DNA from: Octopus vulgaris
Taxonomy: Eukaryota
Direction of reading: 5' to 3'
Length of the DNA stretch: 64,000 nt
NCBI GenBank assembly: GCA_951406725.2
Contig: OX597814.1
Coordinates: 145,514,001-145,578,000, forward strand
Within the stretch, counting starts at the first letter, position 1, and each line of letters starts with the position of its first letter. Below the pieces are notes generated by a model. That model worked only from the letters and a program-made list of their open reading frames with translations, made no database searches and was not told the DNA's origin. The position numbers were made by a program, and so were the translations under genes. Below are positions 53,517 through 64,000 of this stretch, one piece after another.

Positions 53517-54546
53517 AATCAGTTTAGGTGTCTTTGAAGTTTGAAATATTGCGGTTGTTGTGAGGGGAGAATTTTCCGCTAAAGTGGCTTCGCTGAACGA
53601 TGAAAGATAACCGAGAAAATAATAATTTTCAATGATGGGAAATTTTTATGATCAATCGAATCGAAATCAATAGAGAAATAAGTGTTATATGAAAGCAATA
53701 TACGTGCGCTGTTGCAAGCATATATGCAGCAGATTGTTGTACATTTCTCTATTACTAATGCAGTTGTCCTAACCTCCCCCTCTCATATAAACTTACCCTT
53801 TATAAATTACAATTTAGCATTTGTAGCTTTTATAAAATAGAATTCGTATTAAACAGATATGATCAATCTTTTATGAGCGACGTCCGGACAAGTATAAACA
53901 CCTATATAGATCTCATGATAGTACCTGTGTAATAAAGTTTTGCTATTACACATATGTTTTTATCTGTTCTATTAGATTTATATTTATTTCTAGTCATTCC
54001 CCTGAATCACACTATGTTTATTAGTGAGCTAATATAACAAATCATTAGATGTACATAATGTATGTAATTCAATTCTTACGTTTATATTGAGTAATTTTGA
54101 TTTCTTTTGAATCTAAGGGAAAATAATTGCCCATAAGCTATATATGCAGATATAGTGGCTAATTTGTTTTCATTTTTATATTTAGTTTAAAGCATTCTTA
54201 TATGTTTAAGATATCTTGTCATCTTCCTATATTGCACATAATTGGTTTAATAATTCACTTTTGCTTCGAATTAAATATTTACCAATTAGCCTATATTTGG
54301 GAATGTTCTCTGGTTATCATTTACTGATATGTGATTCAGTTCTGGACATAGTTTGCATTATGTTCTGTACGGATCTATTCGCTCTCGCTCTAGTCACCAT
54401 ATGCTCAAATATTCTGCGTCTTTGAACTGAATTTAATATCTGCCAGTTATTGATTAGCGTATTACTCTGTGGCTTTGAGACAGTGTGCGACAATGTGTCA
54501 TAAGGTTTCTTGAATGTGTGACGTAATTATGTACATACATACATAC

Positions 54547-54910
54547 GTTATTGGGACACTGCAATATGTAACACGCTGACTAAATACCAATCTTAAGAAT
54601 TTAGGCTTCTCAAAACCACAAAGGAGAAAGCTGATTCGAAGACTACAGATCCAAACAATCACAGGAACTGCTAACTTTCCAAAAGATTATCATTTAAGTG
54701 TATATGAGCATGTCTATACGTACAAGTATATGCATGAGAAGACATACGTATCACAAAACATACAAAGCTGCACGCTTACATACATACATACAAAAATATC
54801 CTGTTGATGTTGTTGAAATTACAGTGAACGAGCCTTGAACTGAGGTTAGAAACCGGCTCTTCCTCTATTGACAAGAAATCTTGAAATAAAAAAATAATGA
54901 CAAACATACA
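54547..54910 (+). mobile_element. REL-clade (R4/Dong-like) LINE 3' end flanked by TACA repeats
   Basis: VIGTLQYVTR*LNTNLKNLGFSKPQRRKLIRRLQIQTITGT; left flank tacatacatacatac, right end aaacataca. Confidence 0.65.
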
Positions 54911-55880
54911 TCGCAAAGGCATATTCAAAGGAGACAGCCTCTCTGTGATGTTGTTTATACTTTCTGTAAATCTCTTGTCATTTATGTTAAGGGAGTCTGA
55001 ATGATATCTCACTGATTCACAAGGAAACAGAAATACCAAAATTACCCACTGTTTCTTTGTGTATGACTTAAAACATTAGGTAAAAAATATGCATGAGATG
55101 GAAATGAGAGTTTACCTAGTTACAACATTCTCAAAGGATATAGGGTTGCAATTTGGTCACGATAAATGTTATATGGTTGTGAAAAGGGGGAAACTATAAA
55201 CCAGACTAGCAACATCTCCATCAATGATTTGATTGTTTCCCTCGTATCTGACGAGGAATGTTACAGGTATTTAGGGGTAGATGAAAATATAACTCACAAT
55301 GGCACCTGTAACACAACACGTCTCACTAAAGAATACTACAGTCGACTAAAGAAAATTTGGACCTCAGTACTCTCTGCATTCAATAAAACAGTGACCCACA
55401 ATGTGTTTGCAGTGCTAGTACTCATTCAACATTTGGGCTGCTTCACTGGACGCTTGATGAGATCCGAGCCATTGATGTGAAAACCCGAAAAATAATAACA
55501 AACACATAATTTCCACATAAACAATGGCGTAGATCACTTCTACCTAAAACGTAAACAAGGCGGCAGAAACTTAATATCGATCCAAAATGCCTTTGAATGT
55601 CGCATCATATCCCTTCCACAATATTTTTTAACCACCAAGTGTCGAAGTGTATCTCTTGACCAAGTTTGCATACATGAGGTTGACATCATCATAAGACTTG
55701 GAAGGTAGCTCCTTGAGCAACACTCTTTGTCTGATAACCTAGAATATTAAAGAGCAGTAAGAATAGCATAACACCTGCCAGGATTGAAGAGCTGAGGCAA
55801 TTATGTTGTAGGTACATATGGCAAAAAGAGGAGATATTAAAGTTTATGGACCATAAGAAGCAGTTTTTGGCAAAGAACGT
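54911..55880 (+). mobile_element. R4/Dong-like LINE RT and thumb fragment
   Basis: RKGIFKGDSLSVMLFILSVN; ITHCFFVYDLK; FSKDIGLQFGHDKC; CYRYLGVDENI; EYYSRLKKIWTS; IDVKTRK; YLKRKQGGRNL. Confidence 0.88.
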
Positions 55881-57289
55881 CATGCCATTACGTTATTGAT
55901 TTTATTTTGTTTGTGGTCTTTGAGAAATAAGTAAGTTTTTATTGTCTCAATCAGTCTAACTTCTATTGCTTTCACCTGAAGAAAGTAGCTGTGTACATGT
56001 AGTTGAGTCTACACGTCTCTTAACTTAGCATTCGGCTCTGTTCAAAGCATAAAATGTAGTTAATTTTGTTAATGTCATTAATTAAACTTTACAGAAGCAG
56101 TTTTTCACCAGGTACCTTGGATTTTTCTTGGCTTATGCTATGAAGTGCCTAGGGACATAATCTAATCTTTTAATCTCGGCAAATATGTATTACTTGTGAG
56201 TTATATTTCATAAGCAATTTCTGTAAAATATATGATTTATTGCGTTTTGAGAATACTTTAATGAAATTAAAATTAATGTTTTACTCTCAGTTCGAAGCAA
56301 ATTTCGTGCATTAGGTTATTACAATAATCTTTTCATTTCAGCAAGATGCGATTCGTTATAAATTTACAAGTGCCATCATGTAACAATATTCACAGCATGT
56401 ATGAAACATACATTTTAATGTAATTATATTTCCGTAATTAGTCTATATGATCAAGTTGTTTACGACATGTTTTAATGATTCACTTGTAGGACTGTAAACA
56501 TATTCTGATTCGGCTGTCCAACACATTAAGTAGAATTAAATATATCACAATATTAAAATGACAGATGTAGAAAGCTATTTATGAAATCAGGATATTCTCA
56601 GATGACATTCAGTCTTTCAGAGCAACGATTAGTTTATAGAACATATATACTTAATATCATGTCTCGATAATATATTGCGCAGGAACGCTAAGTAATTTGC
56701 AGATGTTGCACCACGGCAATCGAAGATCGTTAGAAACATGTATAATATTACTTATTTCGATATTATATAAAACACGTCCATGGGATTAAACATATCCATA
56801 CGTTTAATAACTCAAGAATTATTTATGTTATGAAATATTGTATCAAAATATGAAAAGAAATGTTTCATCATTGTGATGTTTTGTAAATCTCATAAACCGA
56901 ACGAAGGGATGTATTCTCATTTCTTACGCGTGAATCTCAAAGAATAACACAACTCGCTATTTAGTCGTCTGATCCAATAATGGAGTAAATTTACTGTTTT
57001 TTCTACTCCACAGATGTCTTTACACTTCAAGATGCATCAATTCCTGATTACCAATTTTATAGGAACAAATAAGTTATAAATCTCATTCTCCTGTAAGAGC
57101 AAATTAAGTTACATAGTCCAATATATCAACGTAAAAAGGAACTCCACCTCGAGACACTATTCACGAGGAGTACAATGGCAAATACTCCTCTCTTCTCCGT
57201 ATTCATCCACCTACAAGCTTTATCCGATTCTGATAAAAGAAAAATAAAACAGGATGCAAACTCTTGAAAAGCTCTCACCTTCACAGAAA

Positions 57290-58825
57290 AGCTTACGGAT
57301 GGCCAGTCCTCTCAGCGAATTTTGGACTCGCTGACCAGTGGGATATATCTATCATTTAAAAAAAATCAAAAAGCAAGCCACCAGTTCTGGTTAGCCATGA
57401 AGCGGGGCAACATACGACAACCAGGCAGTAGTAGATGATACAGAAATAGATAGATAGATAAATAGAAAGATAGATAGATAGGTTTTGCCACTTTCACCCG
57501 ACCCATCTGGAATAGCTTCTCGGTACATTTTTGGGTAATGTAAGCGAACCTGTTCGTCATCTTTTCTCAGTTCCCGTCCACATAGAGGTCTGGATCAAAT
57601 TAAACCCTGAGCAATTTAACGTATCCATTCATACTTGACATTTTCCAGGACGACTTCAGGTTATCTTTTCCTCCTGCCACCGTTTTGTATTTCCTTAGAA
57701 TAGTATCGATCGCCTTGACAATTTTGGTATCAGACACTATTACGGTGACGTCGTCCACGTTTGGAAACATGAATTTTCTGCACCCTAGATCTCGTGGTAT
57801 GCTTCTCGAAGTCTCCAACTAATGTTTCAAAGACATTACGTACAAAAGGGGAGAAGTGGGTACTGTTGATGGGCAGATTGTGTGATTACGAACTATCCAA
57901 TTGGGAACAATTTATTCTGATCGTCTATCAAAATATATCTACCAACAAGACCAGCCGTACAAAGTGCCAACCTCTTTGCCAATACCTTGGCATAAATTTT
58001 GAACTCTTCATTTAATTTACCAGTCTTACGGGCCGACAATTATCAATATCATTACCCTCGTTCAGGTCTTTTCTAAGCTGCACCACAATACCATTTTTCG
58101 CAGGACTAGGCATTCTCTCGTTCAGCTGCCAGTTGCAGTAGACGTATACATAAAGACCACCGAACGATTTGGAATATGAAGACAAAGCTTGTAGGAGAGA
58201 GCTTTAAACCCCGGCGGGTTGTCTATCGTACAAACATCCATCACTTCCATAATATAATTAACTGTTATCAGCCTTTTGCAGAACTTTGCGTCTCTATCCA
58301 AGTGCCAACGTAGGCCGCCGAGAAGAGCAGTAAAGTCCACACCCATCACCGGTTCACCGTCCCCATAAACAGTTGATCAATGAACCACTGAAAGTTCGCA
58401 CGTATCCGTTTCGAATCGAGTATCACGCGCCCCTCTCAATCCGTCAAGGTCCAAATGGGGATTTGTTTCCACATTGCACCTCTCTCACTCGGGCCCGTTG
58501 AATTCCGCATGCATGAGAGAACGTGTCACAGCTCTAACAACGCAACTATTGAAGAAATCGTCAATCTCTCCAACAGTACGTCGATCACAATACTCTTTCT
58601 AAACGCCTCTTCTATGTTACTAACTAGCTTCTACGTTAGAATTTTTTTTTCCAATTTCCTAACTAAACCTTGTCGATTCCAATCTCATATCAACTTACCG
58701 TTGTAAACAAATTTATTAAATGTAATTTAATAAAACGATTGGAGACGACAGAATGTACCTCCATCGCAAACGATAAAAATACCACAAATGATTTTTAATT
58801 TCTGCTCAAAACTATCCAAGTGCCG
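57290..58825 (-). mobile_element. Second, older Tx1/L1-clade LINE ORF2 pseudogene
   Basis: Homologous to 31768-33537 (gaggcgtttagaaagag; NVDDVTVIVSD..ILRKYKTVAG; IIYYCLVVV); interrupted by (GATA)n at ~57445-57480. Confidence 0.8.
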
Positions 58826-58993
58826 GTCGATGTAATCGACTGCAGTACTTGGCAGATGCCTTATTTTATTGACTCCATAAGTAAGAAAGTCCAAGTTGAC
58901 TTTAGGGGGATTTGAAAGTAGAAAGTAAAGAGGTAGAGGTAATGATACTAAAGCATTTCCTTGAAGCACTAAACATTCTGCCAGGTCACCTTA
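58826..58993 (-). mobile_element. SINE family A head and body, directly 5' of the Tx1-like copy
   Basis: Minus strand aaggtgacctggcagaatgtttag...ttcaaatccc...ggagtcaataaaataag...gtcgattacatcgac. Confidence 0.7.
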
Positions 58994-59099
58994 TTCATAA
59001 CAACAACGACGACTAAGACGACGATGACAACAACAGCAGCAACAACAGCAGCAGTAGAAATAACAACTACAACAGCAGTATTATATACTAAGAGTACTA

Positions 59100-59353
59100 A
59101 CACGCTAAGAGTTGCTGAAGTATAGAACAAACTGCCGGCATCAGTTGTTAGTTGTCAGAGCACTGCAACCTTTAAAACTTCCATGCTTCCTGAGATTCGC
59201 CAACACTACACCTGATTTTCTCCCCTCCATACACCCGCAAGCATGTATCTAACTCATACACTGTTCACTTTCCAAACATTTGTACATTACTGCATATTCT
59301 TTATACGCACTTTTGACAAGTTGTGGTGCACTTGAGCACTGTATACAATAATT

Positions 59354-59426
<73 letters not shown>
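59100..59426 (+). mobile_element. CR1-like LINE 3' end with (ATT)n tail
   Basis: TLRVAEV*NKLPASVVSCQSTATFKTS matches the CR1 RVV..WN.LP..VV...S...FK motif; 3' UTR then (ATT)n. Confidence 0.8.
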
Positions 59427-59428
<2 letters not shown>

Positions 59429-60275
59429 CGATAACAAAATCAAGATATTCGGCTTGAATAGAAAGTAAACGTTGGACTTAATAACTGTAACCCCAGTCAT
59501 TCTGTCTATGTATCTAAGATGCTTCTAGATTATACGAAGAGACACGCAGTGACACACACACACACACACGCACACACACACACACACTCACACACACGTG
59601 TAGACAATCAAATATATACAAATACACACAAACTTTATCTCGATTGTTCTTCAGCTCGTTTCAGCCATCTTCACGGTTTAAAACCATGCCGGTGCAAGGC
59701 TTTGAAAAATCTCCCGTTGCGAAGACTACTATTTATTCTAATACAAAGAAACAAAAAAATAATATGACCACTAAATAAATCAGCAGAGAAAGAATAAAGT
59801 ACACATAATACATCCAACTGGTAGTTCTGTTTAGCGGTTGGGTAAATTCCTAATTTCAATTAGCAAACTTTTAGTTGTATTGATGCAATATTGTGTGCAA
59901 TCATTATAGGCAAGTTGTTGATGCATCGTTTTTATTTGATGATGAAAGGCGTAGCAATCACTGTAAAACGTTCATGCACTGCAGTGATCTCCCGCAAGGT
60001 TCAAGGAATCACTTTCCACTTTCCTCTCTTCTGCATGAAGTTATGTAAATATAAAATACACAAGAGTATTCTCAATTTCGTTATCTCTTTCACTCATTCT
60101 TTCCTTTCTTTCTTTTTTTTTGTTGATTTTTTTTTCTACTTCAGTCTTTGACTGTCTCCTCTTCATTCGTGCCTAATTCAATGCGCACCACTCTTTCTCT
60201 CTGACTCTTTATTTTTTTCTCCAGCACTCTATTCTGTCTTTCACTTATTTCTCCTCCTACGACTCCTCCTCCTTT

Positions 60276-60279
<4 letters not shown>

Positions 60280-60307
<28 letters not shown>

Positions 60308-60720
60308 AATTCTTCACTTCTTTTCTTCATTGTCATCGTCTCTTCGTTTTTCTTCATCTCTTCTTCCTCATTTTTATTTATTTCTTCACTTATTGTACCT
60401 TGTCTTCCTTTCTTCTTCTTCTTCTTCTTCTTTTTCTTCTTCTTCTTTTCTTCTTCTTCTTCTTCTTCTTCTTCTTCCACTTCTTCTTCTTCTCCTCCTC
60501 CTCCTTCTTCTTCTTCCACTTCTTCTTCTCCTCGTCCTTCTTCCACTTCTTCTTCTCCTCGCCCTTCTTCTTCTTCTTCTTCTTCTTCTTCTTCTTCTTC
60601 TCCTCCTCCTCCACCTCCTCCTTCTTCTTCTTCTTCTTCTTCTTCTTCTTCTTCTTCATAAAGCCTTATCATCATCGTTGTCGTTGTCGTCGTCGCCATT
60701 GTCGCCGTTGTCGCACCCTC
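60280..60720. repeat. (CTT)n/(CCT)n polypyrimidine tract
   Basis: Direct reading; source of the poly-E/K/L/F ORFs. Confidence 0.95.
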
Positions 60721-61059
60721 TTCTTCTTTCTCTTTCATCTTCTTTCTCATTCTACGCATCTTTCATTTTCTCTGTCTCATATCTTCAGAGGTCTTTAGTA
60801 CGTTTCAGCTATCATGAAGACAGCCATGCTAGAGCAATGCCCGTATTCTATATATCCACATTCTGAATGTATAATTAATCAAAGCTCCCTCTCTCTCTTT
60901 CTCTACTTCTCTCATTTTCACTCTCTCTCCCTCTCACCTTCCCTCCATCAATCTATTTCATTCCATTCTTCAATAGAAGGCTATCTACATGTTAAGGAAC
61001 GGACCAGATTTCCTGGACATCATTATAATAGGCATGGTAGCCACCCTTATATATTGATT

Positions 61060-61430
61060 TAAATTGTGGTACAAAGCAAGCAATTTCTAGGGAAGGAGTA
61101 AGTCGATTACGTCGAACCCAGAGTTCAATTGCTAACTTTTTTATCGACTCCGAAAGGATGAAAAGCAAAGACGATCTCAACGGAGCTGGAACACAGAAAC
61201 GTAAAGGCAGACGAAATACCGCTAAGTATTTTCCCCGGCGTGCTAATGCTTCTGCCGACTCATCACCATTATATATTGTTTCACATTTTAGCACAAGTTC
61301 AGCAATTTTGGGTGAGGAATAATTCGATTATATCGACCCCAGTGTTCAAATAGTACTTATTTCATCAACACCGAAAGTATGAAAGGTAAAATCGACTTTA
61401 GCGGTAATTGAACTCAGCACGTAAAGGTGG
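61060..61430 (-). mobile_element. Two adjacent SINE A copies
   Basis: Two reverse-complement family A bodies at ~61060-61270 and ~61285-61430. Confidence 0.8.
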
Positions 61431-62044
61431 ACAAACCCCCATTATATATTATAGTAAGTTCATCTGGATTTTGCAGAGATACATTTCCTGATGATTGTGT
61501 ATGCGTGTATATGTGTGTATATCTGTGTGCGGTAGTATATCTCGGTACATTTGCTTCTGCATCTATGTATGAAAGTTTGGTCTCTTGGGGTGGTGCGAAA
61601 TTTTCTACAAAAATTTAAGTTTCTGTTTCACAGCGTAAATGTAGTTGCGGCATAACAAGGATTTGGTTAAACACCTCTAAGTGCATGAGCGCCTTCGTGT
61701 CTGCCTCACTTCAATTTTATAAATATGCATATGTATGGATGTCAGACTGGTAAATGGATCGTGGTGTACGTGTGCAATCATGCTTTCGCTTGTATGCGTG
61801 AATGTGAGTGTATGCGTGTATAAATGTTAGAATATACGCGTACACACACATACACACACAATAACGCACACACACACACATATATATATATATGTGTGTG
61901 TGCATGTGGTGTGTGTGCATATGTGTGTGTACATCATCATACATATATACAAACATATATAAATTTTGTATCGGAGAGTCCCCTGCCTATGGAGAGGAGG
62001 CTAGAGGTATGCGAGCCTGTGTGTGTATGCGTTTGTGTATATAT

Positions 62045-62086
<42 letters not shown>

Positions 62087-62689
62087 GTGTGTGTTTCTTA
62101 GCTTCCTTCTGTGCTTCACTTCACTTGTTTATGTGATTACATGACTGTTTTTATGTAATTTTCAAAACAGCATCCAAGAGCATAATCAACAGACTTAGTG
62201 AGAGTGCTGTCTGAGGAGACATGGTCGCTTAACATTGCTTTCATAACAAAAGCTATCGAAATTACGGGTAGAGAACGAATACACACAGATGCACGCGCGC
62301 GCGCGCGCACACACACACACACAGAGGTACACACATGTACACAAACACGCACATACACACATGCACAAACACACAAACACAAAAATGCTTCTCATCAATT
62401 AGTCTCAATGCTTAATGTATTCGAAAACAAAACCTGATTCCAGCAGTGACAATTATATATACATAAAGAAAGCGCGCCATAAAATGACTATGATAACAAA
62501 GATACACAGACATACACACACACAAACAAAGACGTAGAAACACACACGTATATATATATATATATCTTTGTTTTTATAAATGTATATGTATAGACATATG
62601 TGGGAAAGTTTATGTAATTCCTAGTAAATATTAGTTCTAGGCATGTAGTTGTTAGTTTTAAGCATATACACACGTACAAATAAGCATAT

Positions 62690-62693
62690 ATAT

Positions 62694-62762
<69 letters not shown>

Positions 62763-62914
62763 CATATACATATGTACACACACATGCATATATAGGTTCG
62801 TACGTACGCACACACAGACATACACACATATTTCTGTAGGTTTCCATCAGTCTATCAATCTATCAATGCATATACACACATGCATTTATATATATATATA
62901 TACATACATATATC

Positions 62915-62997
<83 letters not shown>

Positions 62998-63150
62998 GTG
63001 TGTGTTTATACATATATATATGCATATACATATACATACACTTATATAATTATTTACACACAGGTGTATATACACAAATATATACTCACATCCAAAGACA
63101 TACATACATACATACATACATACATACATACATGCATACATACACATACA
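62690..63150. repeat. CA/TA/TACA microsatellite block
   Basis: Direct reading. Confidence 0.9.
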
Positions 63151-63755
63151 TACACGTACTACTATTACACATGTATCTGCATGGATGTCATCAAGTAATT
63201 ACTATAATTTCATCAAAGCAACAAAATGAATTATAAATATTAATTTAGCGAAACAATCTCACATGTAACTCGTGATCGTTTGTTGCTGTTTTTTTGTTTT
63301 TTTTGTTTTTCATCTTCATACTACTTTCGTTAATGCACCCTTTTAAGTAATTGGATTCTTTCGATGCAAGTAACATACCGATGCCCTCTATCTCGATTTT
63401 CGTTTCTGTTTTTTTTTGTTTTTTTTTGTTTTATATGCATTCTGTTTTCTTTTGTACATCTAACATGGTGAAAAGAAACGTTAAGTGTCATCAGATATGT
63501 CACATGAAGACTGTGTTGCCAAACTATTTCAAGCGTTTCGTGATACAAATGATATTAAATATTATCAAGTTGTTGCTGCTGCTGCTGTTGCTTCGATTGT
63601 TCTCGATGATATTTCAGTATTATTAGTTGTCGTTATTGTTGTTTTACGTATTATTGTTGTTTAACCAGAGGTAGGCGATGACCGACCAAGCAGTGGATGA
63701 AAAGTGCCTCACAACTGCATGAAATGAGTATTAATTTTTCTTCTCTCTCCCCCCC

Positions 63756-63840
<85 letters not shown>

Positions 63841-63878
63841 ATCTATATTAAGATTAATTGAGACGATGTCCGGTCATC

Positions 63879-63938
63879 GAGTGACCAACGGTTTCGCATC
63901 CACAAAGACTTTAGGCTCGTGGATATCTCGTCACACTC
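63879..63938 (-). ncRNA. Type I hammerhead ribozyme fold, one core substitution (C3 to G)
   Basis: gagt-gTGACGA-gatatccacgag..tttgtggatgc-GAAA-cc gtt g-GTC-actc; stems I, II and III all pair; GUC cleavage triplet. Confidence 0.7.
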
Positions 63939-64000
63939 TAAAGCCGAAGACAAATGGAATTTTTCGTCTCTTTGAAGCTGGAATCCGCTACGGTCATTTG

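Noticed and set aside
60304-60866. Poly-Glu/Lys/Leu/Phe ORFs
   Set aside because: Translations of a (CTT)n tract, open in several frames.
62205-62275. CTGAGGA...GAAA hammerhead-like boxes between microsatellites
   Set aside because: Stems I and III cannot be formed convincingly.

Overview
AT-rich eukaryotic DNA, intronic or intergenic, dense in microsatellites. The SINE families look like those of octopus (coleoid cephalopod); this is recognition from memory, not a database match. I cannot support any intact host gene: nearly all listed ORFs are translated microsatellites or pieces of dead transposons. The window holds about ten R4/Dong-like LINE fragments (restriction-like endonuclease clade), two Tx1/L1-like LINE fragments, two CR1-like 3' ends, three tRNA-derived SINE families, one full-length dead mariner, two Merlin-like MITEs and one short non-autonomous Helitron. 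Three observations stand out. (1) One SINE subfamily carries a LINE-like 3' tail and appears to insert at GGTAT sites, including a fixed site in its own family's head, which builds tandem arrays; the same SINE head is also fused to both Tx1-like LINE bodies. (2) Several degenerate type I hammerhead ribozyme motifs sit beside TA/CA microsatellites, the best at 63879-63938. (3) LINEs appear to target (TAA)n, (TACA)n and (TATC)n tracts. Coordinates of degenerate elements are approximate and were read by eye.
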